A DNA stretch of 32,000 nt, from positions 2,430,001-2,462,000 of the forward strand of contig NC_000962.3 in the NCBI RefSeq assembly GCF_000195955.2. The letters run 5' to 3'. Position numbers and translations under genes: made by a program. Of this stretch, positions 10,064 to 21,246 are shown piece by piece. Every line of letters starts with the position of its first letter. The first letter of the stretch is position 1. The notes below the pieces were generated by a model. The model was not told the DNA's origin and ran no database searches. It saw only the letters and a list, made by a program, of their open reading frames with translations. This DNA comes from Mycobacterium tuberculosis H37Rv. Its GTDB lineage: Bacteria; Actinomycetota; Actinomycetes; Mycobacteriales; Mycobacteriaceae.

Positions 10064-10331
10064 CCCACCAGCCCCTTTCCGGCTCAGCGTCGCAACCAAC
10101 AACGCGCGCTGCGAAGGGAGCCCCCAAACATGAACTAAAGAGACTGGTACTCGCGCTCGTAGCAGCAACCGGGACACACCCGAAAGTGGGGGGGCTCCAA
10201 CGTCAGTCTCTTGCACGGCCACACACAGCCAAGCCCCTACGACGTCGACACCGCAACGCACGCACCGATTCTCATTCACCATGAGCGGGCGCACCAGCGC
10301 CCATCATGTTCTTTTACGACTGCTCGCCGAG

Positions 10332-11810
<1,479 letters not shown>

Positions 11811-12317
11811 TCAGCGGGCCGCGCCGCGGCCCGCATCGTCTGTGGACGTGATGAGACGAAACCGGCGCAGCTGATCTCGGGCATCGACCAGCGCGTCGTG
11901 GACGTCGCGTGGCCGCGGCGGCATCCGGGGGCATCCCCGGTCCTCCCACAACTGCCGCAGTTCCCGGGTGAAACGGGGCACTGTGGGTGGCAAGGCAGTC
12001 ATCGGGCCCCACAATTGACACAGCGCTACATGGTCGTAGGCCCCCACCCAGGCCCACAACTCGATCGAATCCGTGCCGTCGATGCGGAGGAATTCTTCCA
12101 GGTCAAGACGAATCTGCTGGCGCGAGCGCCACAGTTGCGAGGCGGGCGGCGGCAGCTTGGGCAGCACATGGGTGCGCACCCAGCTGCCGGCCCGCTCGGG
12201 ATCGAATTCCGTGGATACTGCGTAGTATTCGCGGCCGTCTTCTGCGACCACCCCGATCGAGATCAACTCGATGGTGTGCCCATCCTCGATGAATTCGGTG
12301 TCGTAGAAGTACCGCAC
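11811..12317 (-). CDS. 3'-5' exoribonuclease, DEDD fold (RNase AS-like, Rv2179c)
   Basis: 168 aa; MRYFYDTEFIEDG (D-x-E), HDALVDARDQLRR C-terminal motif. Confidence 0.9.
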   Translation of the reverse strand: MRYFYDTEFIEDGHTIELISIGVVAEDGREYYAVSTEFDPERAGSWVRTHVLPKLPPPASQLWRSRQQIRLDLEEFLRIDGTDSIELWAWVGAYDHVALCQLWGPMTALPPTVPRFTRELRQLWEDRGCPRMPPRPRDVHDALVDARDQLRRFRLITSTDDAGRGAAR

Positions 12318-12326
12318 CGCCGCAGC

Positions 12327-13214
12327 CTAATCCGACCAGACCGAGCCGCTGATCAGAATGGGCGCGGTTCTCTCCGGCGGTGGTGCGGGGCGCACGTCCT
12401 GGTCGAGCTGGGCGTCGACCGCGCGCTCGTCGGGCATCCGTGGCGTCCCGGCGATCACGTATTGCAGCCACAGCTTGATCCGCACCACCGGGCGGCGCCA
12501 TGTCCGTTCCCGCTGTAGCGCACGGCGCATCTTTTCCGGGTGGCGGGTGTAGCGCCACCGGGCCCACGGAGCGTGCGGACGCGACAGCCGGACTGCGCCG
12601 ACGACCAACAGCACGACAACGAACATGCCAAGCAACCCGGTCCAAACCTTGCCCTTGAGCAGCACCACCACCGCCAACGGCAACGTCAAGACCAATCCTG
12701 CGATCAGGGTGGTTTGCAGCACCACCCAGTTGGCGCCTTGCCGAACCGGCAGGAAGAAGATCAGCGGGTGTAGGCCCATGATCAACAGCCCCGCGACGGC
12801 CACTGCGGCAAAGACGGCGTCTACCGACGTGCGTCCGTCTTCCTCCCAGTAGACATCGGACAGATGCAGGATCAGTGCGTACTCGTCGAGCACCAAGGCG
12901 GCCCCGACTCCGAAAATGCTCGCCGCTATGGTGAATTCGGGTTCTCGACCGTCGACTGACAAGGTGACCAGCGTCAGCCCGGAGATCATCACCAGCACCA
13001 CCCCAAACGCGACGTGGTGGATGTGCACCGACCCGATGTGGACATTTCGCGGCTGCCACCACCTGGCCGGCCGACCGTCCGCGGCGCGACGGTGGATAAA
13101 CCGTACAAAACTACGCGTGACGAGGAAGGTCAGGACAAAGGCGACCAAGCAGCACAACAACGGCAGCCGGCCACGGTCGACGATGTCGTGCTGCAGCCAG
13201 TGGAACACCTCCAA
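12327..13214 (-). CDS. Conserved integral membrane protein (Rv2180c-like)
   Basis: 295 aa from TTG 13214, with AAGGTGG upstream; several TM segments. Track ORF extends to 13265. Confidence 0.82.
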
Positions 13215-13301
13215 AAAGCTACGCCCACCTTGACTGCATATGCAGGCGCCGTACAGCGCCACCATGCGCGCCTACGCGAAACTACTAGGCTGTTCTGCGA
13301 C

Positions 13302-14585
13302 ATGAGTGCATGGCGGGCGCCCGAGGTGGGCAGTCGACTCGGGCGGAGGGTGTTGTGGTGCCTGCTGTGGCTGCTGGCCGGCGTGGCGTTGGGCTACGTG
13401 GCCTGGCGGTTGTTCGGCCACACGCCGTATCGCATCGATATCGACATCTATCAGATGGGCGCTCGAGCTTGGCTGGACGGGCGTCCGCTGTATGGCGGTG
13501 GTGTGTTGTTCCACACACCCATCGGGCTGAACCTCCCGTTCACCTATCCTCCACTGGCGGCCGTCCTGTTCAGCCCATTCGCCTGGTTGCAGATGCCGGC
13601 TGCCAGCGTCGCGATCACGGTGCTAACCCTGGTGCTGCTGATCGCGTCGACGGCGATCGTGCTGACCGGCCTCGACGCATGGCCAACCTCCCGACTGGTA
13701 CCCGCGCCGGCTCGGTTACGCCGGTTGTGGTTGGCCGTGCTCATCGTGGCTCCGGCAACGATTTGGCTGGAGCCGATCAGCTCGAACTTCGCTTTCGGTC
13801 AGATCAATGTGGTGCTGATGACCCTGGTGATCGTCGACTGCTTCCCACGCCGAACGCCATGGCCACGCGGGCTGATGTTGGGGCTGGGGATAGCCCTCAA
13901 ACTCACCCCCGCGGTGTTTCTCCTCTACTTCCTGCTACGTCGGGACGGTCGGGCCGCGCTGACGGCGCTGGCGTCGTTCGCGGTCGCCACGCTGCTCGGT
14001 TTCGTCCTGGCGTGGCGCGACTCCTGGGAGTACTGGACGCATACCCTTCACCACACGGACCGGATCGGCGCTGCCGCCTTGAACACAGACCAGAACATCG
14101 CGGGCGCACTCGCGCGGTTGACGATTGGCGATGACGAACGCTTCGCACTGTGGGTGGCCGGATCCCTGCTCGTGTTGGCAGCGACCATATGGGCGATGCG
14201 GCGAGTGTTGCGGGCCGGCGAGCCGACCCTGGCTGTGATCTGCGTCGCCCTGTTCGGGTTGGTAGTTTCGCCGGTCTCGTGGTCACACCATTGGGTGTGG
14301 ATGCTGCCGGCCGTGCTGGTGATTGGGCTACTGGGTTGGCGTCGCCGCAACGTCGCGTTGGCCATGCTCAGCCTGGCCGGGGTGGTGCTGATGAGGTGGA
14401 CACCGATCGACCTGCTTCCCCAACACCGGGAGACGACTGCGGTCTGGTGGCGTCAACTCGCGGGGATGTCCTACGTGTGGTGGGCGCTGGCGGTCATCGT
14501 CGTTGCCGGACTCACCGTTACCGCCAGGATGACGCCGCAGCGCTCGCTTACGCGCGGACTGACCCCGGCGCCGACGGCCAGCTGA
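13302..14585 (+). CDS. Alpha-(1->2)-mannosyltransferase (Rv2181), GT-C
   Basis: 427 aa from ATG 13302; polytopic; [26 protein letters not shown]. The track ORF start at 13014 would overlap Rv2180c. Confidence 0.9.
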
Positions 14586-15329
14586 CTAGCCAGCGGCTGT
14601 CTCGGGGATTCGTGCGGCGTCCGTTGAATTGGGATTTGCACCGGCACCGCCCGCGTTGCGGCCGTCTTTGACACTGGCGGCATAGATGTCGACGTACTCC
14701 TGACCCGAGAGCCCCATCAGCTCATAGATCACTTCGTCGGTAACGGCCCGCTCGATGAAATGGTTACCGGCCAACCCCTCGAACCGGGAGAAGTCCATCG
14801 GCTTGCCAAACCGAACGGTGACCCTGCCGAACCTCAGCATCTTCCTGCCCGGCGGGTTGACGACGTTGGTACCGATCATCGCCACCGGAATCACCGGAAC
14901 CCCGGTGTGCAATGCCAACCGGGCTAGGCCGGTCTTGCCTTTGTAGAGCCGACCGTCCGGCGAGCGAGTGCCTTCTGGATACATGCCCAGCAGCTTGCCC
15001 TGACCCAGCAACACCACTGCCGTCTGCAGTGCGCCCTGCGCGGAGTCGGCATTGGTGCGGTCGATGGGAACCTGGCCGGAGACGCTGTAGAACCAGCGGT
15101 TGATCCAGCCTTTCAGTCCGGTGCCGGTGAAGTATTCCGATTTCGCCAGGAACCAGATACGACGGCGAACTACCAACGGAAGGTAGAAGCTATCCGCCAC
15201 CGCAAGATGGTTACTGGCGAGGATGGCCGGACCCGAACTCGGGATGTATTCCAGTCCTTCAACTTTCGGGCGACCAAGCAACGTAAAGAGCGGACCCATG
15301 AAAATGTACTTGAACAGGTAGTACCACAT
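14586..15329 (-). CDS. 1-acyl-sn-glycerol-3-phosphate acyltransferase family protein (Rv2182c)
   Basis: 247 aa; NHLAVADS (HX4D) and MYPEGTRSPDG acyltransferase motifs. Confidence 0.93.
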   Translation of the reverse strand: MWYYLFKYIFMGPLFTLLGRPKVEGLEYIPSSGPAILASNHLAVADSFYLPLVVRRRIWFLAKSEYFTGTGLKGWINRWFYSVSGQVPIDRTNADSAQGALQTAVVLLGQGKLLGMYPEGTRSPDGRLYKGKTGLARLALHTGVPVIPVAMIGTNVVNPPGRKMLRFGRVTVRFGKPMDFSRFEGLAGNHFIERAVTDEVIYELMGLSGQEYVDIYAASVKDGRNAGGAGANPNSTDAARIPETAAG

Positions 15330-15414
15330 GGCCCTCCCTCTCGCCCACACCGGATGGTGTCTGCGCCAACTGTACCCATCCGCGATGGCTGCGACTACCT
15401 GCGCGGGCAGCGGC

Positions 15415-15819
15415 TCACTCCTCGATGGTAACCGGGATGGCCTGGTAGTGGGATTTCATGCTGCCCTCGCCGTTGGTATTCTCGCCGCCTGACGCACCGG
15501 TCTGGCCGCCGCCCGGCGGGCCTTCGGGTGGCGGTTTCGCCGACCGGTCAATGTCGTCGACTATGGCGCGGATCACCTCCAGCAGAGCCAGACTGTGATC
15601 CGCGATGACCGTCAGCAGCGGATGCTGCTCGCCGGTTACCAACGCTGCCAACGCGCACAACGGACACCACACTTGCTGGCACTTGCCGGTCCCGGGACCT
15701 CCACCCGAAGCCATCGCCGCCGCCACCCGCACCGCGGGGTCGATCCCATCGAGGATTGCCTGCGCCAGCTTGCGCAGCTCGGGACGAACGTCGGTATGGG
15801 CCCCGCTCACGTCGGCCAC
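15415..15819 (-). CDS. Conserved hypothetical protein with WCPLC motif (Rv2183c)
   Basis: 134 aa, upstream of and co-oriented with the acyltransferase gene; 3' of the Rv2184c-like gene. Confidence 0.75.
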   Translation of the reverse strand: MADVSGAHTDVRPELRKLAQAILDGIDPAVRVAAAMASGGGPGTGKCQQVWCPLCALAALVTGEQHPLLTVIADHSLALLEVIRAIVDDIDRSAKPPPEGPPGGGQTGASGGENTNGEGSMKSHYQAIPVTIEE

Positions 15820-17069
15820 ACCTCCGGATTTGGTCGGAAACGAACTGTTAACTCACCACCCCGCAGATGCGCGTCCAGCACCGTGCACCTCCGCAATACG
15901 GACGCCAACCGAACTCGGCGCCGCATCCCCCCAGCACTGACGATCAAGTCGTCGTCGGCCCGGCCCAACGTCAGCGTCCCGGGATCGAGCTGGGGCAACG
16001 CTAGCCGCAGTCGGTATATCGACGCCAATCCCGACCCGGATTCCAGGTCCACAATAGGCTGTAGCGGGCCTGGCGGCGCGCTTCCTTGGCGACGACGGGC
16101 ACTATCGAGCAACCCGCCCAGGGCCTTGGGGCCGATCGGTTCGCCGGCCAAGTGCGGCACCAGCACCAGTGCCACGTCACCGATGGTGGCATCGAGGTCG
16201 TCGAGGACGGCACGCTGCTCACCGATGCGTTCGGCATACCAGTGGAAAGCCGGATGGTCGGGCAGACTGCGATACTCATAGTTCTCGTCTTGCACCAGAA
16301 GCTGATTGACGAGCAGCTCTTCGACCCGGACCCCCATGAGCGCCAACGACCCCAGCGTCCGGACCGCCTCAGCGGCGACCACCCGCTCCGGAGTCAGCAC
16401 CAGGTGGGCACTGACCAGGGCACCGTCGGTCAGCAATGTGCTTAGCCGCTCGACGCTGGCGCGGATGCGCTCCAGCAGTTCCGCCAGCACGGCTGACCTG
16501 CCGTCGTCGGCGCCGATGGACAACCTGCGATGCCGCGGCCAGGCACGTTCGACGTACAGCCCGAAGGTGGCGGGTAGCGTCAACATCCGCAAGGCGTCCG
16601 CCGTCGAGGCGCAGTCGACCACAATCCGATCCCATCGTCGGGCTGCCGCAAGCTCGCCGACGGCGTGCAGCCCCAGCACCTCCTGGATCCCGGGCAGCGC
16701 GCAGAGTTCTTCGGGCGCAATGCTGCTCAACTCGGAGCCCGGAAATCTGCGGTCCAGGGTCTCGACCACGTGCAACCACCGGCCCTCGAGCAGGGCCAGG
16801 GTATCCAGCGCCAGCGCGTCGAGAAATCCGCCCCCGGCTTCGGGGTCGTAGGCGAGCACGCGAACAGGATCGCCCTGACCGGTAGGCGGGACCGCGATGC
16901 CCAGCACGTCGCCCAGCGAGTGCGCCTGGTCGGTGGATACCACCAACACTCGCTGGCCGGCCCCGGCATCACATACCGCGGTGGCGGACGCCAGAGTGGA
17001 CTTTCCTACCCCGCCCTTGCCGACAAAGAGACTGATCCGGGCCTGAGCCGGCGTACCGGAATCACTCAG
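15807..17069 (-). CDS. ArsA/MinD-type P-loop ATPase (Rv2184c-like), extended N-terminus
   Basis: Track ORF 15807..16949 (LVVSTDQAHSLGDVLG). The frame stays open upstream and encodes SDSGTPAQARISLFVGKGGVGKSTLASATAVCDAGAGQRV, containing Walker A. Confidence 0.8.
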   Translation of the reverse strand: MSDSGTPAQARISLFVGKGGVGKSTLASATAVCDAGAGQRVLVVSTDQAHSLGDVLGIAVPPTGQGDPVRVLAYDPEAGGGFLDALALDTLALLEGRWLHVVETLDRRFPGSELSSIAPEELCALPGIQEVLGLHAVGELAAARRWDRIVVDCASTADALRMLTLPATFGLYVERAWPRHRRLSIGADDGRSAVLAELLERIRASVERLSTLLTDGALVSAHLVLTPERVVAAEAVRTLGSLALMGVRVEELLVNQLLVQDENYEYRSLPDHPAFHWYAERIGEQRAVLDDLDATIGDVALVLVPHLAGEPIGPKALGGLLDSARRRQGSAPPGPLQPIVDLESGSGLASIYRLRLALPQLDPGTLTLGRADDDLIVSAGGMRRRVRLASVLRRCTVLDAHLRGGELTVRFRPNPEVWPT

Positions 17070-17500
17070 CCCTCGACTCGTTTCTTCAGATCCTTCAACG
17101 CGCCGTCTATCAACCTGCGTTCCGCCTTACGCTTGAGCATCCCGATCATGGGGACAGCAAGGTCGACGGCAAGCTCGTAGGTGACCTCAGTGCCAGAACC
17201 CTTGGGCGCCAAGCGATACGTGCCTTCGAGGGACTTTAGCAGCGAGCTGGATTCGAGAGTCCAGCTAAGCGATTGGCGGTCTTCCGGCCACTCGTAGGAC
17301 ATGATCAAGGTGTCTTTGAAGATGGCTGCGTCCATCAACATTCGCGCTCGTTTCGGGTAGCCCTCGTCGTCGGCCTCTAGGATCTCGACTTCCTTATACT
17401 CCGAAATCCATTGCGGGTAGGCTTCGATGTCGGCGATCGCCTTCATCACCTCGCCTGGATCCGCGTCGATGTAAATCGTCTGTGTCGTCTTGTCCGCCAC
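17066..17500 (-). CDS. SRPBCC/START-like polyketide cyclase family protein (Rv2185c)
   Basis: 144 aa from GTG 17500; DKTTQTIYIDADPGEVMKAIADIEAYPQWISEYKEVEI. Confidence 0.9.
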   Translation of the reverse strand: MADKTTQTIYIDADPGEVMKAIADIEAYPQWISEYKEVEILEADDEGYPKRARMLMDAAIFKDTLIMSYEWPEDRQSLSWTLESSSLLKSLEGTYRLAPKGSGTEVTYELAVDLAVPMIGMLKRKAERRLIDGALKDLKKRVEG

Positions 17501-17604
17501 CTGGCTACTTCCCTTTCCCCGCAAGCGGGTCGGCCCCGATCATCTGCGGGAGCTCCCGATCTCCCGGGGAGAAACGGTACTCCCTCGTGCCAACCTTGAC
17601 CCGG

Positions 17605-17994
17605 TTAAGTTACCGGAGAAACCCCGATGGGGCGTGACCGTTCTAGCACTGTCTTGACCTCGAAGGCCATTTTTTTGCCCGCGACCCGTCGGTGGTGCGT
17701 CATTCTGGCCAGGTTCATCCGGGCCAGCTGCCAGGCTGCTACCCCGGTCGGTTCGGCGTGCAGGAAATAGTGCAGTAGCACCCCATCCATCGACGGTTCC
17801 AGCCAGATCTCCATGGTGCCGGTCAGGGCGCCGGTAACCGTCCACCTGATTCCCTTGTCGGCACGATCCTCGGTGACCTGTAGCCGTAGGTCAGGCCACC
17901 ACCGACGCCAGCTGCATCGATCCGCGACCGCGGCTGAAACCCGCGCGGCGTCGGCTGCGACATAGGTCTCGTCAGCGATCTGGATGCTGTTCAT
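17605..17994 (-). CDS. SRPBCC-like conserved hypothetical protein (Rv2186c)
   Basis: 129 aa from ATG 17994; [36 protein letters not shown]. Confidence 0.85.
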
Positions 17995-18159
17995 CGCCTC
18001 AGCTTCACATACCCGAGGCCGTGGGCAAGCCGGACCCCGAAGGGCACCAACCAACGGACACGCGATATCGGTCTATTCCGCACCGGCATCAACCCCTCTA
18101 GGCTTGACGACAGCAAACCGGACCCGGAAGACGGCAACAGGTCAAGTGAGGTGTTGATC

Positions 18160-19962
18160 GTGCGTGAGATTAGCGTCCCCGCCCCATTCACTGTCGGCGA
18201 GCACGACAACGTCGCGGCCATGGTGTTCGAGCATGAACGTGACGATCCCGACTACGTCATCTATCAACGCCTGATCGACGGCGTCTGGACCGATGTCACG
18301 TGTGCGGAGGCAGCCAACCAGATTCGTGCCGCGGCTCTCGGTTTGATTTCACTGGGGGTGCAGGCCGGCGATCGGGTAGTCATCTTCTCTGCCACCCGCT
18401 ACGAGTGGGCGATCCTCGATTTCGCGATTCTGGCTGTGGGTGCGGTCACCGTACCGACCTACGAGACCTCGTCAGCGGAGCAGGTGCGCTGGGTTTTACA
18501 AGACTCCGAAGCGGTGGTGTTGTTCGCCGAAACCGACTCACACGCGACAATGGTCGCCGAACTCTCCGGCAGCGTGCCCGCCCTGCGGGAGGTACTGCAG
18601 ATCGCCGGTTCGGGTCCCAACGCGCTCGATCGGCTCACGGAGGCGGGCGCCTCGGTCGACCCGGCCGAGCTAACCGCCCGCCTCGCCGCACTACGGTCGA
18701 CGGACCCGGCGACGCTTATCTACACCTCGGGCACCACCGGACGACCCAAGGGCTGCCAGTTGACCCAATCCAACCTGGTTCACGAGATTAAGGGCGCCAG
18801 GGCATATCACCCGACGCTGCTGCGCAAGGGTGAGCGGCTGCTGGTTTTCCTGCCGCTAGCTCATGTGCTGGCGCGCGCGATCAGTATGGCCGCCTTCCAC
18901 TCCAAAGTCACCGTGGGATTCACCAGCGACATCAAGAATCTGCTGCCGATGTTGGCGGTGTTCAAGCCGACGGTGGTGGTGTCGGTGCCGAGGGTGTTCG
19001 AGAAGGTGTACAACACCGCCGAGCAGAACGCCGCCAACGCCGGCAAAGGGCGAATCTTCGCGATCGCCGCGCAGACCGCGGTCGACTGGAGCGAAGCTTG
19101 CGACCGCGGCGGACCGGGGCTGCTACTGCGCGCCAAGCACGCGGTGTTCGACCGGCTGGTCTACCGCAAGCTGCGTGCGGCACTGGGTGGCAACTGCCGC
19201 GCCGCCGTCTCCGGCGGCGCGCCGCTGGGTGCGCGGCTTGGTCACTTCTATCGCGGCGCCGGTCTCACCATCTACGAGGGATACGGCCTGAGCGGGACCA
19301 GTGGGGGCGTCGCCATCAGCCAGTTCAATGATCTAAAGATCGGAACTGTCGGAAAGCCGGTGCCCGGCAACAGTCTACGCATCGCCGACGATGGCGAGCT
19401 GCTGGTGCGCGGTGGCGTGGTATTCAGCGGCTACTGGCGCAACGAGCAGGCTACCACCGAGGCATTCACCGACGGCTGGTTCAAGACCGGTGATCTCGGT
19501 GCGGTGGACGAAGACGGGTTCTTGACGATCACCGGCCGCAAGAAAGAAATTATCGTCACCGCGGGCGGTAAAAATGTCGCCCCCGCTGTGCTGGAAGACC
19601 AGCTGCGGGCCCACCCACTGATCAGCCAGGCGGTGGTGGTTGGGGACGCCAAGCCCTTCATCGGCGCGTTAATCACCATCGACCCTGAGGCATTCGAGGG
19701 CTGGAAGCAACGCAACAGCAAGACAGCTGGCGCGTCGGTGGGCGATTTGGCCACCGACCCCGATCTGATTGCCGAGATCGACGCGGCCGTCAAACAGGCC
19801 AATCTTGCGGTGTCACATGCCGAGTCGATCCGCAAGTTCCGAATACTGCCCGTCGACTTCACCGAGGACACCGGCGAGCTGACCCCGACAATGAAGGTCA
19901 AACGCAAGGTGGTGGCCGAGAAGTTCGCTTCCGATATCGAGGCGATCTACAACAAGGAATAG
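18160..19962 (+). CDS. fadD15: Long-chain fatty-acid-CoA ligase FadD15 (Rv2187)
   Basis: 600 aa; [59 protein letters not shown]. Confidence 0.96.
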   Translation: MREISVPAPFTVGEHDNVAAMVFEHERDDPDYVIYQRLIDGVWTDVTCAEAANQIRAAALGLISLGVQAGDRVVIFSATRYEWAILDFAILAVGAVTVPTYETSSAEQVRWVLQDSEAVVLFAETDSHATMVAELSGSVPALREVLQIAGSGPNALDRLTEAGASVDPAELTARLAALRSTDPATLIYTSGTTGRPKGCQLTQSNLVHEIKGARAYHPTLLRKGERLLVFLPLAHVLARAISMAAFHSKVTVGFTSDIKNLLPMLAVFKPTVVVSVPRVFEKVYNTAEQNAANAGKGRIFAIAAQTAVDWSEACDRGGPGLLLRAKHAVFDRLVYRKLRAALGGNCRAAVSGGAPLGARLGHFYRGAGLTIYEGYGLSGTSGGVAISQFNDLKIGTVGKPVPGNSLRIADDGELLVRGGVVFSGYWRNEQATTEAFTDGWFKTGDLGAVDEDGFLTITGRKKEIIVTAGGKNVAPAVLEDQLRAHPLISQAVVVGDAKPFIGALITIDPEAFEGWKQRNSKTAGASVGDLATDPDLIAEIDAAVKQANLAVSHAESIRKFRILPVDFTEDTGELTPTMKVKRKVVAEKFASDIEAIYNKE

Positions 19963-19992
19963 CCGACTGTGCCCGGCTCCTCCCCGGCCCGC

Positions 19993-21150
19993 TCAACGGG
20001 CCGCATCGTCGCCGCGCAGAAAATCTGCTAGCTTGGCGGCCAGCGTGTCCCAACGCCACTGCGCCGTGACCCATTCTCGGCCGGCGGCGCCCATCGCGAC
20101 GGCCCGATCCCGATCGATCAGCAACTCGGCCACGGCGTCGGCCACCCGGTCCACCGACCTACCGTCGACCACTAGCCCAGTCTTGTTGTGCTGCACCGTT
20201 TCCGGCGCTCCGCCAGAATTGCCGGCGATTACCGGCACGCCGGCGGCGGAGGCTTCGAGGAACACGATGCCCAAGCCCTCGACGTCCATCCCGGCGCCGC
20301 GGGTGCGGCATGGCATGGCGAACACGTCGGCCAGTGCGTGGTGGGCGGGAAGTTCGTCGGTTGCCACGCCGCCGGTGAACGTCACGTGGTCGGCCACCCC
20401 ACAGTCGTGAGCCAGCTTGCGCAACGTCTCTAGATATGGACCGCCGCCGACAATCACCAACGCGGCTCCATCAACGCGACGCCGGATCGACGGGAGCGCC
20501 GTGACCAGGGTGTCCTGGCCTTTGCGCGGCACCAACCGCGACAGACACACTACCGTGGGCCGCTCGCCTAGCCGATAGCGCTTCCGCAACTCGGCGCGTG
20601 CGGCCGGATCGGGGCGGAACCGGTCGGTGTCCACTCCCGGCGGTAGGTATTCCAACGAAGCCGCGGGCCCGAACGCAGAAGCAAACCGGGACCGCGTGTA
20701 GCTGCTGACGAAAGTCACCACGTCGGTGCCGTCGCCGATGCGGCGTAGCACCGATCGAGCGACCGGAAGCATCGACCAGCCCACTTCGTGGCCGTGCGTG
20801 CTGGCCAACACCCGGCTAGCTCCAGCCAGCCGGGCACGCGGGGCCAGCAGGGCCAGCGGTGCGGCCGCACCGAACCAGACGGTTTCGATGTCGTGCTCGG
20901 CGATCAGCCGGCGCATCCGGACATCGACCGTTGGACCCGGCAGCATCACCGTGCTGGGATGGCGCACCACCCGGTAACCGGCAGCACGGGCTGCGTCGTC
21001 GAAGGCGTCGGCGCCTTTCCACTGCGGTGCATACACTGTCATCGCATGCGCTCGGGAGCCGACCAGCCGACCGACGAACTCCCCCAGATAGGACTGGATG
21101 CCCCCGCGTCGGGGTGGAAAGTCGTTAGTTACCAACAGGACCCGGCTCAC
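19993..21150 (-). CDS. pimB: GT4 mannosyltransferase PimB' (Rv2188c)
   Basis: 385 aa from GTG 21150; TNDFPPRRGGIQSYL, LSRLVPRKGQDTLV, GLGIVFLEASAAGVPVIAGNSGGAPE. Confidence 0.94.
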   Translation of the reverse strand: MSRVLLVTNDFPPRRGGIQSYLGEFVGRLVGSRAHAMTVYAPQWKGADAFDDAARAAGYRVVRHPSTVMLPGPTVDVRMRRLIAEHDIETVWFGAAAPLALLAPRARLAGASRVLASTHGHEVGWSMLPVARSVLRRIGDGTDVVTFVSSYTRSRFASAFGPAASLEYLPPGVDTDRFRPDPAARAELRKRYRLGERPTVVCLSRLVPRKGQDTLVTALPSIRRRVDGAALVIVGGGPYLETLRKLAHDCGVADHVTFTGGVATDELPAHHALADVFAMPCRTRGAGMDVEGLGIVFLEASAAGVPVIAGNSGGAPETVQHNKTGLVVDGRSVDRVADAVAELLIDRDRAVAMGAAGREWVTAQWRWDTLAAKLADFLRGDDAAR

Positions 21151-21177
21151 CTGGGTCAGGCTAGCGGGTCCACCTTG

Positions 21178-21239
21178 CGTGAGCAGACGCAAAGTCGCCC
21201 AAAATCGCCGGTTTCCGGGTGATTTTGCGTCTGCTCGCG
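21178..21239. terminator. Long hairpin (20-bp core stem, 16-nt loop) in the Rv2189c-pimB' intergenic region
   Basis: GAGCAGACGCAAAGTCGCCC (21181-21200) pairs with GGGTGATTTTGCGTCTGCTC (21217-21236), with two GU pairs on the + strand; three further pairs at the base. Confidence 0.7.
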
Positions 21240-21246
21240 GCGGAAG

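Noticed and set aside
9881-10294. 137-aa minus-strand ORF as a standalone gene
   Set aside because: Only the part after ATG 10063 resembles the transposase N-terminus; the upstream translation looks non-coding and the C-terminal part is out of frame with the real transposase.
12103-13062. 319-aa plus-strand ORF
   Set aside because: Antisense of Rv2179c/Rv2180c; composition typical of a GC shadow frame.
13310-14134. 274-aa plus-strand ORF
   Set aside because: Alternate frame of the Rv2181 mannosyltransferase gene.
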